Origin: a virus
Lineage: Duplodnaviria; Caudoviricetes
DNA: 44,092 bases
Direction: 5' to 3' (one strand)
Virus record (IMG/VR): IMGVR_UViG_3300032288_004906
Span: 1 to 44,092 of that record
Positions 1 through 9,787 of the stretch are shown one piece after another. A model generated the notes under the pieces. That model had not been told where the DNA came from, did not search any database, and was given only the letters and a program-made list of their open reading frames with translations. Position 1 is the stretch's first letter, and each line of letters begins with the position of its first letter. Both the position numbers and the translations under genes were made by a program.

Positions 1-510
1 AAGAACGCCGCCATCCGGAGCCTGAAGGAGAACGTGCCCTACACGATGTGGGCGAAAGACCCGGCAACCGGGCTGAGACTGACCCCCGGCGACGTCTGCG
101 ACTACGAGTTCATCAAGAAGGACATCCTCCAATTCTGCAAGGAGCGGACGGTCAGGCATATCGCCGCCGACCCCCACAACAGCCACTACCTCGTGCAACA
201 ACTTCAGGCCGAGGGGCTCGATGTGAGAGGATTCTCACAGTCTTTTTCGGCGATGAACGCGCCGACGAAGAATTTGGACACCACGATCGCGCAGGCCCGC
301 CTGCGGACCGGGGACAATCCAATCCTGAACTGGATGGCTGGGAATGCGGTAACGAGAGAAAACGCCGAGGGCTACATCAAGATTGCGAAGCCCAGCCCCA
401 TGTCCCCTCAGAGAGTCGACGGAATCGTGGCACTGATCATGGCCCTCGCACTGGCAAACGACGCCGAGAACTCTCCAGCCGCCGCTGAACCGGAGATCAT
501 CGTCCTATGA
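1..510 (+). CDS. terL: Terminase large subunit, C-terminal nuclease domain (5' truncated)
   Basis: Frame open from base 1; motifs IAADPHNS, GFSQSFSAMNAPTK, NPILNWMAGN and RVDGIVALIMA are typical of terminase C-termini; directly upstream of the portal. Confidence 0.92.
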   Translation, partial: KNAAIRSLKENVPYTMWAKDPATGLRLTPGDVCDYEFIKKDILQFCKERTVRHIAADPHNSHYLVQQLQAEGLDVRGFSQSFSAMNAPTKNLDTTIAQARLRTGDNPILNWMAGNAVTRENAEGYIKIAKPSPMSPQRVDGIVALIMALALANDAENSPAAAEPEIIVL

Positions 511-3500
511 GCGCCGAGGAGAGGGTCATGTCGGACATTGTCTGGACACCAGAACGCGGCCTCACCGAGACTCCGGAAGTTCGGGGGATCTCGTGGAACA
601 ACTTCCTCCTCTCCGACGAGTCATACGCGGGCCGGTGGCGGACGAGTGCCGAGGTCCGGATCACGCCTGACACGGCCCTCCAGAGCACGGTCTTCCTCGC
701 ATGCTGCCGCATCCTCGCCGAGACGGTCGCCACGCTCCCGATCCATATCTACCGACGCCTCCCCGACGGCGGCAAGGAGATCGCGAGCGACATCCCGCTC
801 TACAAGGTGCTGTCGTTCGCTCCGAACTCGTGGCAGACGAAGTACGAGTTCTTCGAGCAACTCGTGATGACGCTGTGCTGCTGGGGGAACTCGTACACGC
901 AGATCAACTCTGGCCGGTACGGCAGCGTCAGCGAACTGATCAACCTGCACCCGAGTCGGATGGACGTCGAGCGTCTGGAGAACGGGCGTCTCCGCTACTC
1001 GTACACGAACCCCGAGACCGGTCGTCTGGAGCGGTACACGCAAGACCAGATCATGCACGTCCGCTGGACGCCGGAGCCGGATGGCATCAAGGGTATGGTG
1101 CCCGTCGAGGTCGCTCGCGAGGCGATTGCACTGGCGCGGGCGTGCGAGATCCACGCGGCGAAGTTCTGGGCCAACAGTGCGAGGCCCGGGATCGTCCTCC
1201 AGACGGACGGCTCTCTGTCGGCAGAGGCGGCAGAGCGACTCCGCGACAATTGGGAGAGATTGCATCGCGGCGTCGACAAGGCGTACAAGACCGCGATCCT
1301 CACCAACGGACTGAAAGCCGAGAGCATCGGCTTCACGGCGGAGCAGTCGCAGTTCGAGTCCACGAGACGCTTCCAGTCCGAGGAGATCGCACGCGTCTTC
1401 CGGCTGCCCATGTCGCTCATTCAGGGGCAGCAGTCTGGCAACCTTGAGACGTCCGGCCGCGAGTTTGTGACCTACACGCTCATGCCGTGGCTCAAGAGGA
1501 TCGAGTCGAGCATCAGCCGCTCGCTGATCTACAACGACGACGTCTTCTTCGCCGAGTTCGACGCCCGTGCCCTGATGCGTGGCGACAGCAACAGCCGCGC
1601 CTCGTACTACTCGACGATGACGGGCCTCGGAATTTTTTCGATTAATGACTGCCGCAGGCTGGAGAACATGCCCCCGCTTGAGCATGGTGACAAGCACTTC
1701 GTCGCCATGAACATGCAGACGCTCGAAGATGCGGTGAAGCCGAAGCCGGATCCGACGGCGGCAATGATGGGCGGGCCCCCTGCCCCAGCCCAAGGCGGCG
1801 TCCCGAGTCTGCCCGAGGTTAAGAAGGGCGAGGCTCCCCGCGAGGCCGAGAAGGGTCAGGTCAGCGAGAAGAAGCCCGAGGCCCTGAAGGAGGGCGACCT
1901 CGTCACGTGGGGCGAAGGAAAGGTCGGCGAAGTGCAGCACGTGATGACGAGCGGCACTCTCGACCTGAAGAGCGGCGAGAAGGTTGAGGTCGAGCCGGGG
2001 GCTCCTGTGGCCCTTGTTCACGACGCGAGCGGAGCCGAGCACGCTGTCGCGGTGGCGAAACTCAAGAAAGAAAGCCGCGCCTTCTGCCCGACCGGAGACG
2101 GCGGAGGCGTCGACAACTCGTGCGGGTCCAAGGAGTCTGCCCCGGAGCGAGATAGGAGAATCCGAGATGAAGTGAAGTCTCTGCCGGAATCGATCAGCGC
2201 GATAAGTGCGAAAGAACTTGGGCTCGCGAACTACTCCCAATTCGTTTCGATCGGAGACTCGAAGAACTCTGACAACCTCCAGATCAAAAGCGACGATGAA
2301 CTGCGTGATGCACTCAAGGGAATGACTGGGCCGAAGGGAAGTCAGGTTCCGCAGTCCGAACTGGTTGGCGCCCATCGAGACCTAAAAGACGGACACCCCG
2401 TTGACCTTCGCATCGACATCAATGCGTTCGACAACTTTGGGACGTATGCCGTAACGGTTCACGAACACGCTGGCGGGAAGGGAGTTGGAAAGCCGATTGG
2501 ATTCGACTCGATCGTGCGGCTTGCTGGCGATGTTCGCTTCTCGTCCGACGAGAAGGTTGCAACCCAGATCGCGATGGGCAAGGGCAAGACACCGATTGCT
2601 ACAGTCAAAGGAAAGTTTGAAGCAAACCGCGACGTCCCCGGCGACATCGACTCATGGATTCCTGTTGGCTTTAATCCGAAGAAGGCTGCGTACTTCTACG
2701 ACAAGCGAACCGGACAGGAGGTCACCGGCGGGGTCGACGCCGTCAGTGTCGGGAACTCTGTCTTCGTCCGCGTCGCCACGTATGGAAAGCGGAAGGCTCA
2801 GAAGCACTATCGCAACGCCTCCTTCTGGGGCCTCGAATCGCGAGCCGACGACTGCGGCAGAGCGGACGGCGGGAAGTTCGGCCCGAAGAACACATGCGCC
2901 GCCGACGATGGCGGGGCGACCGGTGATTCCAAGCCGCCAGAAAAACTGACGCCCGACAGCATTCCGAAGGTGTCCTTCTCGAAAACGGACGATGCCGAGA
3001 CTTTTTTGGCTGCCAGAAACGAGTCGACCAGACCCGAAAACTTCTCCGACATTGATCCCGAGAGGCTGGCGAGAGCGGACAAGTTTATGTCCGAGGACGG
3101 CAAGGCCGGGTGTCTTGTCGACGAAGACGGAGACTTGGGGAACGTCTTCAACAACGGCGGCACAAAAGGCGCTGGAATGGCCGCAGTCTTGACCGCCATC
3201 GAGAGTGGCGCCCAGACACTTGATTGCTACGACGGTTTCCTCCCGGCGAGGTATGCACAGGTCGGGTTCGTCGCGACGGCGAAAATCAAGTGGAACGACG
3301 AGTACGCGCCGCCGAACTGGGACTATACTACGAGAGGCAGACCTGACGTCATCATCATGTCGTATCAGGGAGGCCCGCGAGAAACGATCCGCCAGAGGGT
3401 TGGGTCGTTCTCGATGTACGAGCCACTTCCGGACGACAGGTATGCCGATGACTTCGACGCAGCAAAAAGAACTGCAAGACTTTCGAGCCACCCTCAGCAG

Positions 3501-4016
3501 CGATCTGCTGACGTACTTCGACAAGATGATCGAGAGGGAGGGGGAGGAAGCGGTGTACTCGAAACTCGGTCACCTGAAGGCTCAGGCCGAGTACATCGAG
3601 AGCCTGTAGGCGAACTGATCGCCGAGACGCTCTCGCAGTCCGGCTCTCTTCCGAAGATCGAGGTCCGCGACATCGGCAAGGCGATTGCCTTCTACTCGTC
3701 CGAGGGCGACACGATCTACGTGTCTCCTGACGCCGACCGGCTCGACGACAATGGATGGGTGTCCCAGCCGAACCCGGTGCTGCACGAACTTGCTCACCGG
3801 CACCATCTCCTCGCAGACGCCATCTCGTACCTCGCGCCAAGATCGTTCACGGCCGAGGAGAGGAGCCTCATCGAGTCCGGCGTGTCCCGGTATGCCGCGA
3901 CCAACTCGAAGGAGTTCGTGGCTGAGGTATTGTCTGGATACTGGGCGGGCCGCGAGTTCGCTCCCGAGATCGTGGCCCTTGTTGCTTCCGTGACCAACGG
4001 GAAGGTGACGCTGTGA
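507..4016 (+). CDS. HK97-family portal protein with a ~750-aa C-terminal extension (Pro-rich linker, Tudor/SH3-like domain, unknown domain, GNAT-like domain, HExxH zincin)
   Basis: First ~410 aa carry portal motifs (VFLACCRILAETVATLP, WGNSY, LHPSRM, EEIARVFRLP, SINDCRRLENMPP); extension has two Cys tags (2070, 2835) and HELAH...YAATNSKEFVAE (from 3783). Confidence 0.93.
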   Translation: MSAEERVMSDIVWTPERGLTETPEVRGISWNNFLLSDESYAGRWRTSAEVRITPDTALQSTVFLACCRILAETVATLPIHIYRRLPDGGKEIASDIPLYKVLSFAPNSWQTKYEFFEQLVMTLCCWGNSYTQINSGRYGSVSELINLHPSRMDVERLENGRLRYSYTNPETGRLERYTQDQIMHVRWTPEPDGIKGMVPVEVAREAIALARACEIHAAKFWANSARPGIVLQTDGSLSAEAAERLRDNWERLHRGVDKAYKTAILTNGLKAESIGFTAEQSQFESTRRFQSEEIARVFRLPMSLIQGQQSGNLETSGREFVTYTLMPWLKRIESSISRSLIYNDDVFFAEFDARALMRGDSNSRASYYSTMTGLGIFSINDCRRLENMPPLEHGDKHFVAMNMQTLEDAVKPKPDPTAAMMGGPPAPAQGGVPSLPEVKKGEAPREAEKGQVSEKKPEALKEGDLVTWGEGKVGEVQHVMTSGTLDLKSGEKVEVEPGAPVALVHDASGAEHAVAVAKLKKESRAFCPTGDGGGVDNSCGSKESAPERDRRIRDEVKSLPESISAISAKELGLANYSQFVSIGDSKNSDNLQIKSDDELRDALKGMTGPKGSQVPQSELVGAHRDLKDGHPVDLRIDINAFDNFGTYAVTVHEHAGGKGVGKPIGFDSIVRLAGDVRFSSDEKVATQIAMGKGKTPIATVKGKFEANRDVPGDIDSWIPVGFNPKKAAYFYDKRTGQEVTGGVDAVSVGNSVFVRVATYGKRKAQKHYRNASFWGLESRADDCGRADGGKFGPKNTCAADDGGATGDSKPPEKLTPDSIPKVSFSKTDDAETFLAARNESTRPENFSDIDPERLARADKFMSEDGKAGCLVDEDGDLGNVFNNGGTKGAGMAAVLTAIESGAQTLDCYDGFLPARYAQVGFVATAKIKWNDEYAPPNWDYTTRGRPDVIIMSYQGGPRETIRQRVGSFSMYEPLPDDRYADDFDAAKRTARLSSHPQQRSADVLRQDDREGGGGSGVLETRSPEGSGRVHREPVGELIAETLSQSGSLPKIEVRDIGKAIAFYSSEGDTIYVSPDADRLDDNGWVSQPNPVLHELAHRHHLLADAISYLAPRSFTAEERSLIESGVSRYAATNSKEFVAEVLSGYWAGREFAPEIVALVASVTNGKVTL
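3448..3609 (+). CDS. Candidate overprinted 53-aa helical protein in the +1 frame of the portal gene
   Basis: MTSTQQKELQDFRATLSSDLLTYFDKMIEREGEEAVYSKLGHLKAQAEYIESL reads as an amphipathic helical protein while the portal frame here is linker-like; alternative ATG at 3442. Confidence 0.55.
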   Translation: MTSTQQKELQDFRATLSSDLLTYFDKMIEREGEEAVYSKLGHLKAQAEYIESL

Positions 4017-7000
4017 TTTTCCGAGAGGAAGACTTCTCTGAGGAGGAGTTCCGGAGCGTCGCCCTGCTCGTCGAGCGAAGGGCCGGAGACAACTGCGGTC
4101 GCGACGAGGATGGCAAGTTCGCTCCGAAGAACGATTGCCAAGAGGGCGACGGTGGGACAGCGCAGAAGGCTCCCAAGCAGAAGAAGTCCAAGGAAGATGC
4201 TCCAACCGTCTCCCGGCCACCAGCCGGAGAGCGTGTTTCTTCACTCACCACGCGTTCTCTTTTCGATGGCTCTGAAAAACTTGAACTGCCAAAGGAGCGC
4301 GGCGCCGTCAAGGAAGAGACAATTGCCAGAGCGTTGACGCAGAGGGCAATCACCGCCCACGGCGGCACCCCGATCGACGTCGACAAGCCGATGGACGAGA
4401 CGGACGTCGATGTTCTCTCGGATGCGCTCGCCGACGACATTCAAGGGGCGTACGAGAGGTCTGGCCGACACGCGGGCTGGTACTCGCAGGACGTCGGCGA
4501 CGCGATGGATATTGCGTCACGCCTCCCGGGCAACGAGCAGATTGCGAACGACCCGATTCATAAGTTCGTTTTTGGTTTCGGGATGGGAATCCTGTCTGCG
4601 CAAAACGGCGTCGAGGACAACGCCACTTTCGCGGACGGCTTCTACAGAAACTGGCGAGAGACAGGGAGCCTTGTCGTTCCAGACGAATACAGACACGTCT
4701 TGGGTCGCGGCATCGACACGAGCCACTTCCGCACGATGCAGGAACTCGTCGACCGCAATGGGTGGGATGAGGTCATTCGGTACTTCTCCTCATCGGACAC
4801 GGTGAACGGTATCGCAGCGGACGGCAAAGTGATGCTCCCCGGGTTCGGTGGATTCAAGGTTGCGAAGGAGAGGGTCGACACGGTCGTGCCTCGTTTCGCA
4901 ATTTTTGGCCCGAAGATCGGCCCCTTCACGCACGCCATCGTCAACGGTGACTACGACCACCTTGTCATGGACAGGTGGACGATGCGGCAGGCTGGCGCAC
5001 TGACAGGGACTCTGCTGAAGGAGACTGACCCAGACAAGGTCCGTGGTCACGCCGAGAGATTGCTATCGGCGTCTTCTGGAAACAGGTCCGGCAACTCTCT
5101 TTGGTACGGGCTCCCGAAGGCAGAAGTCGTGTCCAGCCTCAAGCGAACTCTGAAGTCTGGCCGCTTTGACGAACAAGATGTCGGGTGGGAGTTCGTGAGA
5201 CGCGTTCAGTCTGCGTACGCGAATAGCGTAAATTCAGAGACAGGCGGCGGCTTCGGAGACAAGACAGAACTCAACCTCGCTGCGAACAACGCATTCAAGA
5301 GTAAGGTCGAGATGCAGTTGGCTCCCGGAAACGGGACTGTCGCAAACAACGTGCGGCAGGTGTTCGCGGAGGCGACCAGAAAAACTGGCGCGAACAATGT
5401 TCTGGAAGTTCAGGCTCTCGGATGGGTCGACACCCAGAACCTGTGGCAGACGCTTGGCTATCGCCTCAAGAAAGACCCGAACGAAAATACGTTCTCGTCG
5501 GCGTTTGCCGCTCTTCGCGACGGGAGACGAGAGCGGATCACAAGTCTCAAGGAAGAAGCAGAGAAGAAGAGACGCGGGAGGGAGGAGCGTGCTGCTGTTC
5601 CGCCCCCGCCATCCTCTGCGGACACCACACCGATCGACGTATTCGGAGGTGAGTACCAGTCGCTCTTCGACGAGGCAGTTGCGTCACGCGAGTATCAGGA
5701 GTACCTCGTCAGCGAGATTACCGCTCAAATCCGTCGGTCGCAAAACAAGGAGTCCCGCTCCGCCGACTGCGGCAGAGACGAGAGCGGCAAGTTCGGAGAC
5801 AACAACAAGTGCCAGAAGGACGGCACCGGCGTTGCCGACGACCCGATCCGCTCAGGCGGCGACGGCAACAAGGACTGGACTCGCGACGAACTCGCGAGCA
5901 GCCCGCCGTTCAGCGGCGCCGACCGACTCTCGTCACTGACGGTCGCCGCAGGCAATCAGGTCGCCAACAGACTCGAAGGCCTCGGCGTCGGCATGGACGA
6001 GGCGGCGAAGATCGTCGGCTCCGCGAAGGAAGGCGACTCGGTCTACGTACGACCTGCGGTCGAGTTCGCCGCCGACGGCGAGGACGGCGTCCTCGTGCGG
6101 ACCCGGCGGGACGTTGCTGGCGTGAAGGACGGGATGGAGTCGAATTCCGTCCTGATGAGCGTCGGCCCGCCGGGGAAGCCGGACCTTGTCCTGAAGCACC
6201 ACCTGATGAGCGTCGCGGACGCGGTCAAGAGTGACCCGGCCAAGAGACACGCCGCCGCCAGAGAGTTCTTCCGGGTCATGGCGGACAGCGTCTCCGAGGC
6301 GAGGAAGTCCGGCGTCACGAAGGTCGTGTTCAACGCCGCAGGCCGCGCCTCGCAGCCGGACGGCTTTCGCGGGTACACCATCTGGCCCCGGATGGGGTTT
6401 GACGCACCGATCCCCTACAACCTGAAGCAGAAACTGCCGGAAAGCCTCTCGCACGCGAAGACGCTGCTCGACCTGCACTCGACCCGAGAGGGCACGAACT
6501 GGTGGCGAGACAACGGCACCGACGTCGACGTCGTCCTCGACCTCGCCGACCGCAGCAGTCCGCAGAACAAGGCCTTCGACGCGTTCGTGCGGAAACTCCT
6601 CCGCGAGAGTCGCGAGTTGCCTCTCGGATCCGGTGACGAGTGGCTCTCACCCGAAGACCTTCTCAAGTTGGACGAACTCTGGGACGAGATCGACGATCAG
6701 GGCCTGTTCGACGACTACGACGGCGAGTCTCAGGATTTCTCGATTCTCGAAAGTGGAAAGAAGGAGTCACGCTCGTCCGAGTGCGGCCAAGACAACAAGG
6801 GCCGATTCTCGAAGGGCAACGACTGTGCGTCCGAGGGCGGCGCACCTCCGGCGTCCGCGTTCGGACCGCCGACAGACTTCACCGAGAGCGACCACGAGTA
6901 CAAGAAGGATGAACTCCAGAAGCGGCCTCCGTTCAAAGGCGCCGAGAAACTCGAATCTCTGGGGATGCCTGACGAGAAGCAGATGCGGGAGAACCTTACC

Positions 7001-9787
7001 CGCGAGGGGCTGTCGCTCGACGACGCCGTGACGCTGCTCTCCCCAGCCCGCGATGGCGGGCACATGGTCATCACCGTCGAGAACCCGGACGAGCAACTGT
7101 TCGTGCCGCCTCCGCCCGGGACGCCGAGGCCGTTCGTGACGTCGATCGCGGCGAAGGAGATCGACGGCGGTTGGATCAGCAGCGTCACGTCCATGGCGAG
7201 GGACAGCGAAGGCCTCATCCTGAACTACGAGGGATTTCTGGCCGACGACTCTGTGCAGGCGAGTTCGACCGTGACGGCCGCTCGCGAGATGATGTCGAGC
7301 GTCCTCAAGAGTCTCGATGCCGCCGAGTCGATGGGCGTGGCGAAGGTCGTGCTCAACGCCGCTGGTGACGCGAAGAGCACGGCGTTCAAGGGATACCGCA
7401 TCTGGCCGAAGTTCGGCTTCGACGGCGTTATCCCGAAGACCGAGAAGTTCATGCCGCTCTACATCCGGCTCAGGAACCAAGACCTGTCGCCGCGTGCTCA
7501 GGAGGAGAAGAAGCAGGGGCGGCTGACGATTCAGGCTCTCTACGAGACAAAGTTCGGGCAGCAAATGTGGGAGCGGCACGGCGGCGAACTGGCGATGTCG
7601 CTCCGCCCGGGATCGGACACACCCGGATGGCAGCGGTTCAAGAAGATGCAGTCCCGGATCGGTCGTCTGGCCGAGGACCGCAGCCTGACTCTGACGGACG
7701 ACGTCTTCAGCGAGGAGACGCTCGCGTACCTCGACGAGGTGTGGGCGGCAATCCGTGGCGAAGTGGAGCAACGCGCGGCAGACTGCGGGCGAGACGAAAG
7801 CGGCCGGTTCGGATCCGGAAACAAGTGCGCTTCTGCGTCCGGCGAAACGCAGGACGGCAAGTGGGAGATCGAGCCCAATAAGGACGGGACGACATTTCGG
7901 ATCGACGCCGAACCAGCGACGCACGTTGTTCGCCTGAAGGGCGACGACGGCAAGGTCAAGGCGTTCGTGCTGGGGACAGTCGTTGACGACTCATCGCCGC
8001 CGAAGTTCTACGTCGATTACTCTCATGTTGTCGAGAAAGAGCGAGGCAAGGGCGTCTACACGGGACTCCTCAAGTCACTCAGCGATCAGTTCACGGTCGT
8101 CTCAGACTCGCCGCCGAATCTGGCCCTTGAAGCAGAGAAGGCGTACAAGAGACTCGGCGCAGAGAAGGATCCCTACAGTGGCGGCTACATCCTTCACAAA
8201 AAGCCCACCGGCGACTCCCGGGCCTTCTGCGCAACCGGCGAAGGCGGAGGCGTCGACAATTCGTGCGGAGCCGAACCAGCCGCGACACAGCAGCCACCAG
8301 ACACACCGGCATTTAAATCGTGGTTCGGAGAGAGCAAGGTAGTCGACGGTGACGGGAAGCCGCTTGTCGTCTATCACGGAACAGCAAAGCCGTTCACCAC
8401 GTTCGATAAAAAGTTCTCCGCTCAGGGGCTGTTCTGGTTCTCAAGCGACAAAGACAAGATCCTGAGGGGTGAGTCTGGAGCCGTCTCTGGAAAGTCGTTG
8501 ATTCCAGTATTCCTGTCTGCGAAGAAACTTGCCGGGTGGGACGAGTACGACAAATACACGCTCGGTCAGTTGCGAGATCAGGGATACGACGGCATCAAAC
8601 TGGATGATGACTACGTTGTGTTCGAGCCGTCGCAGATCAAGTCTGCCGTAAAGAACAGCGGCGGATACAACCCCAAAAGCAAGAGCATTCACCGCGCCTT
8701 CTGCCCAACCGGCGACGGCGGCGGCATCGACAACTCGTGCGGCGCCAATCCGAAGATGGCCGCAGACAAGGACAGCGTCGGCAGCGGCTCGACGAAGTGG
8801 GGCGGAAAGACTGAGCCGTGGGGCCGTTCGGGCGAGACTGAAATCTGGACACCAGACAAGCCGCTCTTCCCCGGGGCGGAGAATCTTCCCAGCATCAAGA
8901 TCGAGCGACCCAGTGACATCCGCAGTCGTCTTGAGGACAGTCTCAAGGTCACCATCTCGGACGCCGTCTTGGCGTCCGGCGCCGTGATCGCGACTCCAGA
9001 CTCCGCGAAGATCACGCAGCCACGGCTGATCATCACGCCGGACATGGCGAGCGACGGCGTTACAGTGGCGTGGACATGCACAGGCGTCGCCACTGGGAAA
9101 GGATTCAGCAAGGAAGAGGCCGAGTTCGCCGACCCGAAGGGGTCCGTCGTCCGGGCTGCCGAGGCATCGCGGTCGCTCCGGCGGACGGCGAGCGGAACTG
9201 TCCTTCACATGGACGGCTTCTTCATTCACCCGGACTTTCGTGGCAAGGGCATCGCTCTGGAGGCCGTGTCTCGCTCCGTGTCTTCGCCAGTCGTGAGACT
9301 TGAGATGTCTGCGGAGCGGTACGATGCCAGCCATCCCAACCGGCACATGACTGGATACAGGGTGTGGCCCCGCTACGGCTACGACGCGAGGATCAGCGAC
9401 GTGGCCGCTGCCATCCGTGGAGAGATCCCGGCAGAGTTTGCGAAGGCCAAGACTCTTCTCGACATCTACGCAACGCCGGGGGGGCCAGAGTGGTGGGCCG
9501 AGAACGGGAAGTCGATCGGGCTCACGTTCGACATGCGACCACGCAGCAGGAGCCGCGAAATTCTGCTACAATTGCAGGACAAATCGCGATCCAAGCGAAG
9601 GAGCCTTCCCGTGAGCAAGCCAACGGACCGACTCGGTTCCGACTCCGACTACGACGACTCGATCGACGAGGTGTGGGCCGAGATCCAGCAGAAGGGTCTT
9701 TCTGGTCAGTCCCCATCTCAGGAAGACTGGGACCAGTGGGCGAAGGAAGCCAAGGATGGCGATTCCGGAAAAGTACAGCCACATTGA
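4013..9787 (+). CDS. Giant polyvalent head-associated protein (1924 aa): HhH glycosylase-like domain, three paralogous GNAT-like domains, one classical GNAT, ADP-ribosyltransferase-like domain
   Basis: Six Cys tags split it into six domains; motifs GWY...GPKIGPF...MDRW; GYxxWPxxG[FY]D three times; ERGKGVY; FKSWFGESKVVDGDGKPLVVYHGT...GYDGI...VFEPSQIKS; lies between portal and protease. Confidence 0.85.
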   Translation: MIFREEDFSEEEFRSVALLVERRAGDNCGRDEDGKFAPKNDCQEGDGGTAQKAPKQKKSKEDAPTVSRPPAGERVSSLTTRSLFDGSEKLELPKERGAVKEETIARALTQRAITAHGGTPIDVDKPMDETDVDVLSDALADDIQGAYERSGRHAGWYSQDVGDAMDIASRLPGNEQIANDPIHKFVFGFGMGILSAQNGVEDNATFADGFYRNWRETGSLVVPDEYRHVLGRGIDTSHFRTMQELVDRNGWDEVIRYFSSSDTVNGIAADGKVMLPGFGGFKVAKERVDTVVPRFAIFGPKIGPFTHAIVNGDYDHLVMDRWTMRQAGALTGTLLKETDPDKVRGHAERLLSASSGNRSGNSLWYGLPKAEVVSSLKRTLKSGRFDEQDVGWEFVRRVQSAYANSVNSETGGGFGDKTELNLAANNAFKSKVEMQLAPGNGTVANNVRQVFAEATRKTGANNVLEVQALGWVDTQNLWQTLGYRLKKDPNENTFSSAFAALRDGRRERITSLKEEAEKKRRGREERAAVPPPPSSADTTPIDVFGGEYQSLFDEAVASREYQEYLVSEITAQIRRSQNKESRSADCGRDESGKFGDNNKCQKDGTGVADDPIRSGGDGNKDWTRDELASSPPFSGADRLSSLTVAAGNQVANRLEGLGVGMDEAAKIVGSAKEGDSVYVRPAVEFAADGEDGVLVRTRRDVAGVKDGMESNSVLMSVGPPGKPDLVLKHHLMSVADAVKSDPAKRHAAAREFFRVMADSVSEARKSGVTKVVFNAAGRASQPDGFRGYTIWPRMGFDAPIPYNLKQKLPESLSHAKTLLDLHSTREGTNWWRDNGTDVDVVLDLADRSSPQNKAFDAFVRKLLRESRELPLGSGDEWLSPEDLLKLDELWDEIDDQGLFDDYDGESQDFSILESGKKESRSSECGQDNKGRFSKGNDCASEGGAPPASAFGPPTDFTESDHEYKKDELQKRPPFKGAEKLESLGMPDEKQMRENLTREGLSLDDAVTLLSPARDGGHMVITVENPDEQLFVPPPPGTPRPFVTSIAAKEIDGGWISSVTSMARDSEGLILNYEGFLADDSVQASSTVTAAREMMSSVLKSLDAAESMGVAKVVLNAAGDAKSTAFKGYRIWPKFGFDGVIPKTEKFMPLYIRLRNQDLSPRAQEEKKQGRLTIQALYETKFGQQMWERHGGELAMSLRPGSDTPGWQRFKKMQSRIGRLAEDRSLTLTDDVFSEETLAYLDEVWAAIRGEVEQRAADCGRDESGRFGSGNKCASASGETQDGKWEIEPNKDGTTFRIDAEPATHVVRLKGDDGKVKAFVLGTVVDDSSPPKFYVDYSHVVEKERGKGVYTGLLKSLSDQFTVVSDSPPNLALEAEKAYKRLGAEKDPYSGGYILHKKPTGDSRAFCATGEGGGVDNSCGAEPAATQQPPDTPAFKSWFGESKVVDGDGKPLVVYHGTAKPFTTFDKKFSAQGLFWFSSDKDKILRGESGAVSGKSLIPVFLSAKKLAGWDEYDKYTLGQLRDQGYDGIKLDDDYVVFEPSQIKSAVKNSGGYNPKSKSIHRAFCPTGDGGGIDNSCGANPKMAADKDSVGSGSTKWGGKTEPWGRSGETEIWTPDKPLFPGAENLPSIKIERPSDIRSRLEDSLKVTISDAVLASGAVIATPDSAKITQPRLIITPDMASDGVTVAWTCTGVATGKGFSKEEAEFADPKGSVVRAAEASRSLRRTASGTVLHMDGFFIHPDFRGKGIALEAVSRSVSSPVVRLEMSAERYDASHPNRHMTGYRVWPRYGYDARISDVAAAIRGEIPAEFAKAKTLLDIYATPGGPEWWAENGKSIGLTFDMRPRSRSREILLQLQDKSRSKRRSLPVSKPTDRLGSDSDYDDSIDEVWAEIQQKGLSGQSPSQEDWDQWAKEAKDGDSGKVQPH

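Noticed and set aside
621-2375. 584-aa minus-strand ORF, and similar long antisense ORFs (13341-15389, 6767-7924, 22383-23702)
   Set aside because: Antisense shadows of high-GC coding genes with no recognisable motifs
4013-9787. Cys tags as intein or Hint autoprocessing ends
   Set aside because: No Hint-domain blocks or His-Asn|Cys junctions; tags are only ~15-20 aa
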